A stretch of DNA of 64,000 nt from Felis catus (taxonomy: Eukaryota), in the NCBI RefSeq assembly GCF_018350175.1, contig NC_058368.1, positions 15,254,001 to 15,318,000 on the forward strand, read 5' to 3'. Below, in pieces: positions 36,060 to 51,414 of this stretch (position 1 is the stretch's first letter; every line of letters begins with the position of its first letter). Both the position numbers and the translations under genes were made by a program. Under the pieces are notes generated by a model, which was given only the letters and a program-made list of their open reading frames with translations, made no database searches and was not told where the DNA came from.

Positions 36060-36420
36060 TGCAATCCCTTGCTGTGTTTGCAGGGAAGGCTGCCCTTTCC
36101 TCTGGCTGCTCCCGATGACTGGGCACAGCAGGGATACTAACGGAAGATCATTACAAAGAGATCTGGCATTCTTCTGACTGCTGACTTGGGCTCCAGGACT
36201 CCTAACAGTCTTCTGAATACTTTCTTAGCATCACGCCACAGTCTGAGTCTCTTCATTTCCAACCCTCCTATCTCCCTGCTCTCCTTCACGGGGCCTGCAT
36301 TGTGGTCCGAAGGCTCCCCTGGCCTCTTCCAACTCCATCCCCTTTTTGTCTCCCAGGCAATTTGCCCAGTAAATCTCTTGCACATTTACTCCTGCCTTGG
36401 TGTCTGCTTTTGGGTGGCCC
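36060..36420 (-). mobile_element. Old MaLR/MLT1-like LTR fragment
   Basis: Minus strand reads gcaagagatttactgggcaaattgcctggg, resembling old MLT1 LTRs. Confidence 0.5.
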
Positions 36421-37139
36421 CCCAAAAAAGGGGATAGACAGTATTTCCCAGATGCACTTGGCCAGAGAAAACGTTCTTTACACAAACCTGTCATGTTAAA
36501 AAGGCCACTAATATCTCAAGGAACACGATTGGAAATGCTGCCTTAGAGAAAAGGGCGATTAATTAATAATTAAGCCATCTACACTTTAATTTGTATGTTA
36601 TTTATAATTTGATTTGTACATATATGTTTAAATTTTGTGTTAATTTGTGTAAGTCTTTCATAGTCTTTTCTTATTATTTCAGTTTTCTGGATTAAAATAA
36701 TCCTTCAGGTGTTATTAAGGACCCAATCGCCATCATAGTTATTGCCCCGGGGGCCTAGGGCAGGACCAATCCAGGCAAACAGCAGCCTTCTGCTTCCCCT
36801 GGGCGCATTCTGTTGAATGCTGTTAATGCAAATCACCAAGTTAGTGACCACATATTAAATATTGATGCAAGAGGGATTTGGGGAATCTTTAAGAATGTCT
36901 ACTAGGTTATTAGGCATTTAGAGATTTTATTATCGCACTGAGGAGAAACTAAAGTTTTGGTTTCTAACATCTGACAGTATAGAATGCTAAAATTTATAAC
37001 TCCATGGCGCTGGCTTTTTGAAAGAATTGAGCCCCCAAAGCACTTATTAGTATTGCATATAAGAGAATCCTTCAGGCGTTATGTTTTGGAAATTATTCAA
37101 AGATCCTTACAATTATCTAAAAGGCGGCATCCTGAAGAA

Positions 37140-37610
37140 TTATTTATACATGTGTATTGGTGGTAGCATTATTCGTAGTAGCAAGAGGTGGAAGCAATAC
37201 AAATGTCAATCAGTGGATAAAAGAATAAGCAAAATGTGGTCTATACACACAATGGGATATTATTCAGCCTGAAAAAGGAAGGAAGCTCTGACACATGCCA
37301 CGCCATGGATTAACTTTGAGAACATCATGCTAAGTGAAATAAGCCAGTCACAAGAAGACAAATACTACATGATTCTGCTTTTATGAGGTATCTAAGTAGT
37401 CAACATCATAGAAACAGAAAGGAGAATGGTGGCTGCCAGGGGCTGGGGGAAGGGGGAAGACAGGGAGTTGTTTAATGGATATAGTTTCTTACAACAGAAA
37501 AAGCTGAAAAAATTGGTTGGGCAACAATGTGAATATGGTTAACACTAATTGTACACTTAAGAATGGTTAACATAGTAAATTTTACATGTGTACCTCCCCA
37601 CAGTTAAATC
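37140..37610 (+). mobile_element. Old L1 3' end
   Basis: aaaatgtggtctatacacacaatgggatattattcagcc...catgctaagtgaaataagccagtcaca. Confidence 0.9.
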
Positions 37611-37749
37611 AGTGATCTGTAATCTGAGAAGCTTTACAATGATACTTTTAAGCAATCATATGGTTAGTCCAGCTTGAGGCAAAATACAAGCTCCTTAAAA
37701 GCAGAAATACTATTTTATCTATTTTATTTTATCTTTCTATCCCTTACGG

Positions 37750-38107
37750 CTTTGCTGCTCAAAGTGTAGCTCATGGGTCACGACATCAGCATTGTTTGGG
37801 TGTTTGTTAAAAATTGTAAGGTGTACTGAATATAAACCTGCATTTTAAAGTTTGTTTATTTGTTCAGAGAGAGAGAGAGAGAGGCAGAGAGGCAGAGAGA
37901 GAAGGAGACAGAATCCCAAGCAGGCTCTGCACTGCCAGTGCAGAGCCAGATGCAGGGCTTGAACTCTCGAAACTGTGATATCATGACCTGAGCAGAAACC
38001 AAGAGTCGGATGGTTAATCGACAGAGCCGCCCAGGTACCCCTAAACCTGCATTTTAATAAGACACCTGAGCGATTCACATGCACTTTAAAGTTTGAGAAG
38101 CACTGTC
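37750..38107. mobile_element. MER5-like hAT relic interrupted by a CanSINE (37845-38041 -)
   Basis: ctcaaagtgt...aaagtttgagaagcactg ends; TSD taaacctgcattttaa around the SINE. Confidence 0.7.
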
Positions 38108-38555
38108 CTACAGCACCAACTCAGAAATAGAGATGAATAAAGTTTGGCTGTTGTTTGTTTGTAGATTAGAAACCTTCAAGAATTGATAGCTGCATTTAAC
38201 TTCTTTGCTCCAGGGTTGCTGTGAACTTTAGACTTCACCGTTACACATCTGCTGGAAATAAACAGTGAGCCAAGATTTACATACATTTAAAGTGGGATTT
38301 TTAAAAAGTTACCTTCTATATGATTATCTTGCACTTAGAACAAACACTTAATTTGAAGATGGAGCCATCTCTGCCACCTTCCCACTTTCTCTGACCGTTT
38401 AATGACCTCCGTGTGGCAATATAACTCTGAGGAATGTGCAGAAAGGTCAGCATTTAGTCTCCAGTTACCACTTCTCAGTTCTGAGGCATCGGTCCCACAC
38501 CCATGGAGGGTGAAGGACCATGGGTGAGACCTCTGATTACAAATGGGAGGCCCTC

Positions 38556-38766
38556 GGGGCGCCTGGGTGGCTCAGTCGGTCGAGCGGCTGACTGCGGCTC
38601 AGGTCATGATCTCGCGGTCCGTGAGTTCGAGCCCCGCGTTGGGCTCTGTGCTGACAGCTCGGAGCCTGGAGCCTGTTTCAGATTCTGTGTCTCCCTCTCT
38701 CTGCCCCTCCCCCGTTCATGCTCTGTCTCTCTCTGTCTCAAAAATAAATAAACGTTAAAAAAAAAT
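38556..38766 (+). mobile_element. Young CanSINE with 19-nt TSD
   Basis: TSD ttacaaatgggaggccctc at 38537-38555 and 38767-38785. Confidence 0.95.
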
Positions 38767-39706
38767 TTACAAATGGGAGGCCCTCAAAGATTTTCTCTCC
38801 TCCTTCCCTTTCTTTCTCTCATTAAACTTCAGAGGCCAAGCATGCCAGATCTGGCCATATCACAGTACTATATACCCAACTGCCTCCTCTAGGAGGATGC
38901 TTAACTAGAAAGGAACCATTAAAAGATCAAGTTCACATCCAGGAGCACTCCCAGCTCCTCCTCCTGGAACAGCACCTTGCTTGGGTCTGAGAGAGATGGT
39001 GGATTAATAGGCCTCATATGGAATCTTCCAGCAAGTCTTCTCCTTGAGCAGCCCCCCTTGTGATGGTTCCTGTGACTAATATGAGCTCCAGGTATCTAGG
39101 CAAGATTGGTTTGTATCTACGGATGTGCGACCCATGGTTGGAGAAGTCAACAATTAGTACACCTTCTGAGTGTTAAACATGCTACACTATCACCCTGAGC
39201 TTTCGTAGCTCTGGGGTGGGGAAGATAGTCATTGCATGTGCTGACAAGGCAACAGCACATGGCAATTCAATGCTGGGAAAAGAATTAGTATCTTGTACGT
39301 TTATTGGATATACACTTTCCAAAGCACTTTCAATTATATTATCTCATTTGATCCTCACAAGACTTTGCAACAGTAAATAGGGCAGTCATTATCAGCCCCA
39401 TTTTACAGAAAACAAGTCTTGGCGAGTTTAGAGTCTGCGGTGGTAGTTGACAGAAGTGGCTCAAATTCACTCACTCCACTCATTCCTTGACCATTAGCAA
39501 CTAACTAACTTCATGTCTCTGGGACGCAGTTTCCTCATCTGCAAATGAGAAGGAAAATAATTCGGTCTTGCCCACAAGGTAGATGGTACACGTGAAGACT
39601 GTAGCTTAGTGGCTGCCTGCACACAGGTAGAGGTGATACCTGTTAGCCACTATGATTACTGACAGATCATACAGCTAATGTGTGACCACATTAGATCTAG
39701 GACTCA

Positions 39707-40170
39707 ATTTTTTTTTTTCAGTTTATTTATTTTTGAGAGAGACAGAGCACAAGCAGGGGAGATGCAAAGTGAGAGGGAGACATGGAATCCGAAGCATGCT
39801 CCAGGTTCTGAGCTGTCAGCACAGAGCCTGGCACAGGGCTCGAACCCATGAACCATGAGATCATGACCTGAGCTGAAGTCGGTTGCTTAACTGACTGAGC
39901 CACCCAGGAGCCTCTTTTTTTTTTTTTTTTTTTTTTTAATTTTTTTTTTCAACGTTTTTATTTATTTTTGGGACAGAGAGAGACAGAGCATGAACGGGGG
40001 AGGGGCAGAGAGAGAGGGAGACACAGAATCCGAAACAGGCTCCAGGCTCCGAGCCATCAGGCCAGAGCCTGACGCGGGGCTCGAACTCACGGACCGCGAG
40101 ATCGTGACCTGGCTGAAGTCGGACGCTTAACCGACTGCGCCACCCAGGCGCCCCAGGAGCCTCTTTTTAA
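39707..40170 (-). mobile_element. Two adjacent CanSINEs (a young copy inserted at the head of an older copy)
   Basis: caggagcctcttttt is duplicated either side of the second element. Confidence 0.9.
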
Positions 40171-42384
40171 AATTAAAAAAAAAAAAAAAAATTGATAGGC
40201 CTAGGCTCAAACCATCTTCTTCATGTTCTAAGTTCAACGGTCTTTTCATTATACATCAGCACATTTCCACCATCATCTCCTTCAGGAGGCATTTTCTGAT
40301 CCCATCCTTTCCCTGGCAGAGTGCCCCAACTCTCTTTCCCAGTTGCATTCGGTACATCACTAGCTCTCCACATTGTGTATGAATCCACTGACTCTAAGTT
40401 CCCTCAGGGCTGAGACCATGCCTCCTCATTCATCTTGGTATCACCAGAGCTAAATCACTGCCAGCACATAGTAAGCACAGTGTTTGTTAATCTGAACTCC
40501 AGTATGGCTCACTGATAGGAACTTTGATGGGAAGCAGTCTTGCATTCAGTCTTTGCAGCCAAGACCATACTGTATCCCTCTGCCTGTGTTTTTTTGCCTT
40601 TTTATCTTTTACCTCTTCTCCTAGAGGCCTATTTATGATCTATGTCTATAATTCTCCAATTCTCATGCAGAGTTTGAATAAAATTACAGTTTAGCTCCAG
40701 CTGTGTAGATTTCTACAACCCAATATGAAGCTCCTGCCTGCTGCTGAGAAAACACACAGATGCGCTTTATAATCAGATTTCAGGAGAATGTGGCTTGTTG
40801 TTAAGGTTTCATTTCTGGCCAAACAGGAGGGAGGAACTAAAAATGGGGCTGCCAGAACAAGACGAAAATGTCAGGTGCTTAAAAGGAAGCGCGAAACTCT
40901 GACTTTAAACCACTAGATGATACCCAGAGTGGCCTTTTATTTATTTATTTTTGCTTTGTTTAATTTGGGGAAAGTGAGTTGTATTTGAACAAGTCAAATT
41001 CAGATTTGCACACTATGCACCTATGAATGCACAGAGATATATACACATGTGGATATGCATTTTCATCCTATGTAGCAAAGCCTTGATATACGAGCCCATC
41101 TTGTCATTTAACTGGTGTTATTTTACTCAAAATTCTTACTGTGAGGTAGTAAAGGTCATAACCCTAACCCAAGCATTAGCTACTGCTATTGTACACAACG
41201 CACTGAATATCGTGACCATTAGCCATCTATGAAATGGACCTCCATTCTAATAAGTTAAATAGTTGTGAGAAGGAATTTCATAAGCTTAGGGGAGTATTTC
41301 AGGGCAACAATTCATTAAACAGATCACAGCAAAATCGTGTTGCTTTGGACAATATGTTGAAAAAAACCGTTTCTGCTATTTTTTGCACATCATCCTTGAG
41401 AAGGAAAAAGTGAAACAGCGATTTGCTCAATTTGAAACTTCCAAAAGGATGGGATATAAGATTTAGAGCTACTTTAATATGTGAAATACAAATAAAGGCT
41501 TTCTGGATTGGTACAACTATTTTTAAGTTCTTCTATCCTTATGAGAATAACAATCTTGCTTAATTTAAAACATCACACCCCCTGCATTTCCTTAGTTTGA
41601 GAAAATATAAGCAGATTTGACTTCACATTATTTGGCAAGAGCATAGTTAGCTGATGAAAGGTGGGATGTGACATGCTAGTCAATGACAGCCCAAGATAAC
41701 CATGAGATCATCGGAGTAGTTTCAAAATCAATTGGTAACACAGTCCCATGGTGAAGTCGAGGGATAATTTTCTCAGACACCTCATGTTTCAAAACACGTT
41801 ATGCCATTAATTTTGATTATGGTTGTAATTTAAACTGGCTCTCCAATTTAAAAATGATTACATAAAAGCATTGATTCGGTGCCTGAAACACATGTGCTCA
41901 GAAAGCACATTCAGGTGAAGCAAACAGTCTTTAAATGCGCAGCATACATTGTCTTCACTTTAGAAAATAACAAGACAATATGTTCTTCTCTTACGAACTC
42001 TACCGACCCAAAGCTTTAATCCATTTCTCTTTACATAAATATATTATCACCTGATTTCTGATACCGGATTAGCTGCCCTACGAGAAAAAAAGAAGTCATT
42101 TATTTTCTGTGAGCGACTCTAACAACCCTCGGCTTCAGAAGAAATGCTGAAAGCATTAATTCCCGAGTCCTGGACTCCCCTTCTTTCACTGTGTGGTTAG
42201 AGGAATTTGCAATGAGAAGGAGAGCTGCTTGAAATCCTTCTGGTTGTGTGTTACCTAATGTTTGTCCAGAGGCTAGGTTTCATTTGAGTGAGAGCTCCTG
42301 GGGTCTCAGTCGATGTAACTTTGATTGAGGTAAGAGAAAGACGGAAGAAGCACCCTATCAGGCAGATTTAAGAGATGCCAAGCT

Positions 42385-42604
42385 TTTTTTTTCTTTTTAC
42401 ATTTTTTTTAATGTTTATTTAGTTTTGAGAGAGAGTGTGCACACAGGGGGGAGGGGCAGAGAGAGAGGGAGACAGAATCCGAAGCAGGCTCCAGGCTCTG
42501 AGCTGTCAGCACAGAGCCCAACGCGGGGCTCGAACTCATGAACCATAAGATTATGACCTGGGCTGAAGTCGGACGCTTAACTGACTGAGCCTCCCAGGCG
42601 TCCC
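42385..42604 (-). mobile_element. CanSINE
   Basis: SINE architecture. Confidence 0.9.
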
Positions 42605-43075
42605 AAGATGTCTAAGCTTTTAAATCACCTGGGAGACCATCAAAAGAGTTCCATGTTTCAGGGGTCCTGGAAGCCTGGATTGTAGGCCAATTTGGAGAAA
42701 GGAGAATAAAGAATGAAAAAAAAATCCAAATGAAAATAATTTAAGCCAAAGCCCTGATGGAAAGTCAAGGGTACAGTTCAGGAAATCTGTGTGAAGTATG
42801 AATAATAGGTTGCCGTTAAGCCTAGTCTTAAAGACTCTCAGAGGAGCCATGATTCAATCTTCATTTTAGACCTATCTTGTCCCTAGACTCCTGCCTTGTT
42901 GTCACTGTAGAATACCAAACTGCTATTGCTACAGCTCACTGAATCAGCTGGGATTTTCCCATTATTTCCTAGGGGAGGTAAGAATGTGAGGAGGTGAGAA
43001 AAAGACTTAACCCAGTGATGTGCTACTAAATGTTTAACAATTAGCTCAGTGAGGGGGTGGGAGAGTATGCCTATA

Positions 43076-43315
43076 CAGTAAAAACTTGGTTTGCAAGCAT
43101 AATTTGTTCCAGAAACATGCTTGTAATCCAAAGCACTGTATATCGAAATGAATTATAGGAACCATTGGCTCAGTTGTGATCATGGGATGTTCAGTGTCAT
43201 GTACTACTCACATTGCAAGACATCGCTTGTCTATCAAGTTAAAATTTATTAGAAATATTTGCTCATCTTGCGGAACACTCACAGAACAAGTTCCTCGCAA
43301 TCCAAGGTTTTACTA
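43076..43315. mobile_element. TcMar/Tigger-type MITE
   Basis: Terminal inverted repeats cagtaaaaacttggtttgc / gcaatccaaggttttacta, flanked by TA. Confidence 0.75.
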
Positions 43316-43739
43316 TATTTGTGTACATAGGTTTATTGTCAATTATATTGCTGTAAAGAATATGTAGCACACAATTTATCAATAATAATAAAATACATAC
43401 CTTTTGTTGTAAATCCCATATAGTTAATTGATTCTTACAGAATACTTTTGTTGATTTTTGCCAAACTGTTGTATCTATAGCCAATCTATAGTTGCAGCTG
43501 ACAACCCGATATGGTTCTTACACGAATGTTAGTAGATGTTTTCATTCAAGTCAGTGAGTAAGACTAAGTAAAACAACAACTGTGTATGTTGGAACTCACT
43601 TGTTTGTCAATGACTTTGAGTACTGTAAGAATATTGGGAGACTATTTCCTCATGTTTTTATTCACAATATAATAGCCAAACACATGATACATTTAAAAAG
43701 TTCGATCTGCATTATTTAAATTTTCTCTACTATGTTCTT

Positions 43740-43954
43740 AATTTTTTTTTCAACGTTTTTTATTTATTTTTGGGACAGAGAGAGACAGAGCATGAACGGG
43801 GGAGGGGCAGAGAGAGAGGGAGACACAGAATCGGAAACAGGCTCCAGGCTCCGAGCCATCAGCCCAGAGTCTGACGCGGGGCTCGAACTCACGACCGCGA
43901 GATCGTGACCTGGCTGAAGTCGGACGCTTAACCGACTGCGCCACCCAGGTGCCC
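43740..43954 (-). mobile_element. Young CanSINE
   Basis: TSD ctctactatgttcttaa. Confidence 0.93.
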
Positions 43955-46900
43955 CTCTACTATGTTCTTAAGCCCAAACCAGGAATTGGCCAAAACGTTT
44001 TCTGCTAAGGACCAGAGAGTAACATTTTACGTTTTACAGGCCAGAAGGTCTCTATTTTAACTGTCTCTCTATCTGTACGACCCTCTGCCATCACAGTCTG
44101 AAAGCAGCCACAGGCTGCATGTGAACAGATGAGCATGGCTGTATTCTGGTCAAACTCTATTTATGCACACTGAACTTTGAATGTAATGTAATTTTTATAT
44201 ATCATGAAATCTTCTTTTGATTTTTTTCAACTATTAAAAATATAAAAGCCTTTTGGAGTTTTTAAGTCATACAAAAATAGGCAGTGGGCTAGATTTGGTT
44301 TATAAACTGTAGTTTGTCATTCCCTTGTTTTGTCCATCAACAAAAGAGTAACTCAAGCCCTGATTTGTAGCATTTGCCAGTCCCGTGGCATAAAAATTAC
44401 TACTATGGCTGATTTCAAGACGCTAATGTGATACCACTGAATGTTGGGAAGAGATGGGGAGTAGTACAACATTATGTAGTATTTCCACCCAATAGATACA
44501 CAATAGGTAAAAAGAACCTCAAGAGCATAGATACTAGTAAAATAATTAGAAATTCTGAGTATTGGGTATTTGTTACCTTACTTTTATGTTATTAACTTAT
44601 TTGTAAGATTATATAATTTCACTTTTAATAATGGCAACAAACAACTAGAAAAATTCTCAGAAATTTTACAATCGGCTTCTGCAAGTTGGTACAAGTTGGC
44701 CTCGCCAAACCACTAAATGTAGCGCTTAATATTCTAGGGTATACTGCAGCTCTTGACGCTGAGATTCCCACATTAACACTGACTCCTCTACCACAGAGGC
44801 AGAATTGCCTTTTGGAATTGCCCACAAAGCAGAGAGAGCACCAGGAATCCTAGGCCCTGAGCCCACCTAAGACGCTTTTGCTGATTCTGCCTTCCTCATA
44901 GTAATGATGGAAACCTTCATTGACACAGGTACACTGGGGCTTGACTTACCTCCCAAATAGAAAAAATTGTTATGATAGTAATGATATCTGGCATTTCTTG
45001 AGTGTTTACTCTGGACCAGGCACTGTCCTCAAATTTTACCTGCGCCAGCTCATTGGGTTGTCACTCAACTCCAAGAGGGAGTTTCCATCATCACCATTTT
45101 ACATTTGAGGAGACTGAGACACGGAGGTGTGAGGCTGTTTGCCAAGGTCACAGTGTGGAGAATTAAACGTTCCAACTTCTCTCAACACTGGCTCATTTTG
45201 TACGTGGCATTTGTGGAGACAAGTATCTATACTTTATTACTTACTTATTTATCTCTCCAATACAAGGTCATCGATAAAAATTCAGTATGTCCCGAACTGG
45301 ACCACCATCTTTCCTCCCAAATCTCCTGGTCCTCTGTTTTCATTTTCACGTGTTTGCTGTTGTTACTGGTATCAGCGCTACACTAGGTACCCTGGCATCT
45401 TGGACTTTCCTCCTCGTTCTACACAGCTGCCAGTCCTGCTAATGGAACCTCTAATAGTACGTCTTGTGCCTCCTTCTTTTTTTGCATTCTCCTTCTAGTT
45501 CATGGCTTTGCTACCTCTCACTCAGATGATTTCAGAAGTCCCCTCACCATCTTACAGTATTCGTTCCAAATTACATACTGTATTGCTGGATTAAACTTCA
45601 GTCTCTTGCTCATAAGCTGTAATGCCCACTGCCTACTCCTCAAAGCTCTCCCCTTCTTCCTCCTCTTCACTCATTTTAAGCTCTAAGCTGACAGAACTTT
45701 TCACCATTTTTCACATATACCCCATGCTTGACCCACCTCCACGCCTTTGCTCAAGCTGTTTCCTCTGCCTGGAGTGCCCTTCTCTATAACTCTGCGTGCC
45801 TGCTCTCTACCCATCTTTTTCTTTTTTTAAGTTTAAATGACCCAAAATTTCCTTGATCTCCCAGCTAGAAAGAGCCTCTCCCTCTGCTGAAGCTCCACAG
45901 CCTTTTATCTATCTGCGCTTTTCTTGTGGCACTTTTAGCTTTCCCACCCTAATTATTCTTATTTGTTGCTTCTCCAATCTCTCCTGCTTGATTCTGAATT
46001 CCCTGTGAGCATGATTAGTTTTCCATCTATCCCCTACAGTTGCCTGTGCACTAGGTGCTCGGCCAATATGAGATGGATGAACGAGTAAAACATGGTAAAG
46101 ACAACCTCTCACCATTTATTATTGTTGTTGTTTAATATTCCTTTTGTGCAGCAGACTATGCACATTATTGAGCTGCATTGTCCAGCATGGCAATCACTAA
46201 CCACATGTGTCTACTGAGCACTCGAAAGGTGGTCTAAGTTTGAAATGTACACTGGTCCAAACAGAAATGTGCTATAGGTGTAAAATATACACTTTACTTT
46301 AAAGTCTTAGTATGAAAAAATCTCAATAATTGTTTTACATGGTGAAATTCTAATGTCTGCGATATACTGGGTTAAATAAAATATAAAAATTATCACCGGC
46401 CAATTTTAACTTTTTAAATGGGACTAATGGAAAGATTAAAATTACATACGCGGCTTGCATTATGTTGCCATTGGCAGCTCTGTTATACAGCATACTCGTG
46501 ATCCCCTTGAAACGTCTCTGTTTTCTAGGGTGACAGTGTGTTGTGGAAAAAGCTCTGAGAGTTTATCCCAGTTCCTCAAACTTTTGGAGTCTTAGTTTCC
46601 TTGGCTTTAAAATAGGGGTAATTGTGCCTTCCTTACAGGGTGCTTTTAAGCATTTAATAAGATAATATACATTAAGCTGCCTGATACTTCGTAGGTACAT
46701 GGCAAGCACGGGTTTCTTTGACTTTCTACACAAGCACGAACTTATACCGCATGCATCATTCCCACCAGTCACTGTCAGTATATTAATATCACTGCACTGA
46801 CCAGTACTGATCATTGTTTTAGGTCAGCTCTTTATATCTTTCTATGATCTCTTCCTGTTGCTTTGAGTCTCATAAACCTAGCAAGAAAACGTGGGAAATT

Positions 46901-49900
46901 TAATTGTTAACTTGAAAAAAGGGAGAATTTGGAGTCCTTATCCTGCTTACATTTTCAAGGTTTGGTTCCGAATTACAATGTAAGCAGCTTGAGGCTCACC
47001 TCCCTGGAGGAAAGAGATGTCCACATCTGCCATGGTACACAATTTGAGGGGGTCAATTCACATTATACAGTATCCTATGTTGTACACTAATGGTTCAGCG
47101 TGAATGGTCCCTTCTGGAACAGCACAACACTGGAATACTGAATAACTTGCTGCTGTCTTTATTGGTATTACATGATTGATGGGTGGGGGATGGGGGGAGT
47201 AGGGAGGAATCAGGTACAATTTGTTCTCCACTTTAGGCATGACCAGGAACCCGGGTTTCGAGGTCCCTAATGATTATAGGATAATTATCAAAGAAGTAAA
47301 AGAATTATCAGTGCTATAGATAAATGTCAACATTATTTTCAGAACAGATATTGCTATTATAATATACTGACACTAATACTAATCAAGGATTTCTGGGCAC
47401 TTCTCCTTCATCAATAAAGGATACAGTTGTCATTGCTGTCATGTTCTGTGGGGTAAGCACATCCTGCATCTGCTTGTCTCCTCCACAAAAGGGCTTATAT
47501 ATCTAGAGAAGGTGAGGTGTTTAGTATGGGAAGAGGAAGATTGCTAGTTTTCATTATCAATGTAGGACAAGTAATTTTAGATCCCAAGATAACCTAACAA
47601 TAGAGTGATGATGGTGTTTATCTTCTTAGGCTGTCAGTGCGTGAATATTATTAATCATAAACTTAATCCTGAATATCTTGGGACTGCAGCAGAGTTCCAG
47701 GATTTCATTTCTTAATGTCTTCGTTACAGCTGTAAATCTCAAAATAAATACAATAATTACAAGGAAGCATCAGCAGCTGGGGTAATTAAATACGACTTGC
47801 CTTCTGCTATGCTGAGACTTGCATTAAGCAGAATATGTGCTCTTCATTACAAAAGAATTCTTTACAGGTAAATGTTCCACAGTAGAAATGTTGCTCCTTC
47901 TGCCCAAAGGAGCAACTTATCAGGAAGGGTACCATCCCTAGGGTCCCTGGCTTCCCAGATGGAGATGCTCAGGCTCAAATGTGAAAGATAAATGGGACAT
48001 GAAATTTTCAGGCTCCTGGGGCTCCACTAATCAGATGAGTGGGCACAAAGATGCATTTTCTCTCCTCAAACTGGAAATGTATTTGCCATGGAAAATCAAC
48101 GAAATAATCAACAAATATATATTGAAGACACACCATCATCATCATTGTCATCAACTACAAACATTTATTTTGTGTGCATAACACACACATTACCCATGTT
48201 AAGGGCAAAAGAACCGTAAGACATGGATTAGGGCACAGAAGATCAAAAATCTAGACTTTAGTATGGGAAAATAGATAAGATTCAAAGGCAACAACACATA
48301 AATTTCAACAGAAAGTACTATACAGTAAGAGTTATAAGAATAGCCACTTTAGTGGATGTTATCCTAGAGTCTTGATACATTTAATAAGAAGTATGAGAAC
48401 TGATCTCTGTGCTTAAGGAATTGCAGTTTAATTGGGAGATGAACTAAACACAAAACAATGAGAAAAACAGGATACTATAAAGAGCTAAGTTACAGATGCA
48501 GAATGAAGACCTGTGAAGACTGGAAAGAAAGAAAGAGAGCAGGTAATGTGGTGTCAATAGTCAGGGAAGAGAGTGCTTTAAGAATCCTTTAAAGTCAGAG
48601 ACAGTTTGGATAAGTGAAGGGGGAGAAGGGAGAGTTCAAGGCTTCAGGTGAAAATCTCTTCAGTTTTGGTAAACTTTGGAAAGTTGGTCAGCAAACTGTT
48701 TATTCAACATCAGCGTTCTGATGGAGGGATTAGACTATTTTGAATGGGAAACGAATAGGGCATTATGTTTATCACTGCAGGTGATAGTGGTGGGCATGCT
48801 CTTGGGTTTGGAAGTCATTCCGTTCATTCAGTCAACACTGACTAAGGACCTGGTATGTGCTACTATTGTGCAGAGGGCTAGACTACACAGGCAGGATGAG
48901 ATATGCATCAAGGATATGGAAAACTGAACAGGCTGAATTACATACAGTGTGATCCTTGCTCTTACAAGGACAAATACAGAGTGCAGAGAAGAAGCCCCAA
49001 ACTCAGGCTTGGGGAGTCAGGAAGAGTTGAGATGTGGAGGATAAACAGGGGTTATCCTAGCAAGAGACATGGGATTGTAGGAAGCATTTCCAGGTGACAT
49101 GAATAATTTGGGTAAAAAGCCTACCTGGCTAGGTTTATGAACCCCTAGTTTTTCTGTTTGGCTGGAATGGAGAAGTAAGAGTTGAGGCCAGTGACACAGG
49201 CCATGTCAAGTGGTAAAATACTTTTAAGCAATGATAAGGAGTTTGGACTTTGTCCTGAGGACAGTGGAGAGTCAGTGAATAATTTTAAACTGGGGATGGA
49301 CACGATTGCATCTGTTTTGAAACCTCATCCAGGCTGCAGTGTGAAGAATAGATTGGATGCTCTAGAGTCAAAGCTGATGTTATCATATGTTTCCATATCT
49401 ACACGAAATGAGAGGGGGAAAGACGTGTGTAGTCCAGTCTCCTCTGTCTATGCCTATCGTCTGCCTCTTGACTCCAGGTTGCAGATTTTATCCTTAGAGG
49501 CATAGGATTCTGATCCTCAGTATCTACCAGAAGGCTTTTCTGATTCTACCAGGTTCTACCCCAGCAGTGGATAGATGGCTGCTCAAATTTTTGTCTACTC
49601 AAGTCCTAGCCTGATCTGAAAGGAGGCCACCTGCTAACACACACAACGATCATAGTATTCAGCACAATTATGTTGTGGAGGGCAAAACATCAGGGAATTA
49701 TAGTGACTCGGTTTAATATCTCCTGAAAGCTGTGATAAAGGTCTATGTGGCTGTTCAGAGAAATTACATGAGGTAAGAAAGCCACTGCCATAACCACTGA
49801 AGAGCACTTGGTATTTTGACAAAATTTAAAATGCCCTCTCAGGAAAGGCTCTATTCTTCCCTTGAATAACTTTTTAGATCTTGAGGCAAGGCAAGGGATA

Positions 49901-51414
49901 TGTGTGATAAGGAATTTTGTTTATATTATATACAGCTCCCAGTATTCCAGGAGTTCCAAATTTCTTCTTTTTTTTCTTTTATTTTTTTTATTTCAGTCAG
50001 GATAAGAGCAAAACTGATCTAACTTCACAAATTATGCTTCTAGCACATTTTAAAAGTACTTAAAATGTTATCTTTGAAAATGAGATAATAAAATGGGACA
50101 TCTGTGCATTCTTTTTATTCTAGGCTTCTGAAATAGTAAGCATCCCAGCAGCCTTCCAGGTTAATAGAATCTATGTGTGATTACAGCTGTTTAATATGCA
50201 CAACTAATTACACGCTGATCCCAATCATCGTGCTGCCAGATATAAATACTATCTGAGAAGGGTTGTCTCATAAGATGACAAGTCTAATAGTGCAAATGTT
50301 GCAACACTGTTCCGAGGAGGAAGGAAGCCATTCTGGAGTTTTACTAAAAATAAGAAGATTGTGCTGAGAAAGGAAACTGTAAGTCCATGTACAGGAAACT
50401 GTACCCACCTAAGCTAGCCATCCATTTCATTCCAAAGAGTAGCGCTCACTTCTAAACCACTCTCTAAGATGAAAGGAGCTTCAACTGTTAGATCTTTGCT
50501 ATTTGGATAAATGATCCTTTCTCCTTTCTTTTCATATAACTGTACTACTTTGACTGAATGAACAAGAAGTTAGTAATAAGAATAAGAGAACCTAAGCATA
50601 AGAAACAAAGGTTGCATTCTACGATATTTAATATGTGCTTGTTAAAACAGATATACACACTTAACTTTATGAACAGATTATTTTCAGTTGCATCTTGGGA
50701 GCTGTATTATTGTTTTGATCCATTACTTTTAGGTTTTTATCCTAACTGCATGAGACTATATAAATAGAAAGAAACATGATCTTGAAAAGAGAACATAGTA
50801 AAAAGAGTTTAACTCTGCTATTCAGACATGAGAAAAGACATTTGATTGGAGAGTATACGCCATTGAAAAGAAATTTATTTCTAGCATGGCAAGGATACTA
50901 AACTTCCTTATTGTTGGCACATTTAATCCATTTTTGGAATCCTAATGTTTGAAGCTAAACCAAAAACTGAATACTTCCAGGAGAACAAGAAATGAAGTGG
51001 ATAAATCACTTTTGAGGGTTTTTCAGCAATCCAGGTGACAGATGATGGTGGGAGAATAGGAGATGGTGCGAAGTAGGCTGACTCGAGATCCATTTGGGAA
51101 GACGTGGCGCAAGAAGAAGAGAGGACTCAAGGACGATTCCAGCATCTGGAGCAGCTGGATATTTGGTTGGAGGGGAGAGCAATTGAGTTTTACCTTGCTC
51201 TCCCTGCCTCTTTTGCTCTTTTCCTCCCTCTCTGCCTCCCTCTTGGCCTTCCTCTCTTCCTTTTTTCCTTTCAAGCAGGGTGGGAAGGCTGTTGGGCAGA
51301 GGCTGGAGCCCTCATGGCTGAGTATTTTAGGGGATAGGGGGCCTTGCGGGGCTGGAGTCTACACAAGAACGTTGTGGAGAGGCAGCCTGGTGGGATCAGG
51401 AGACTGGCTACATG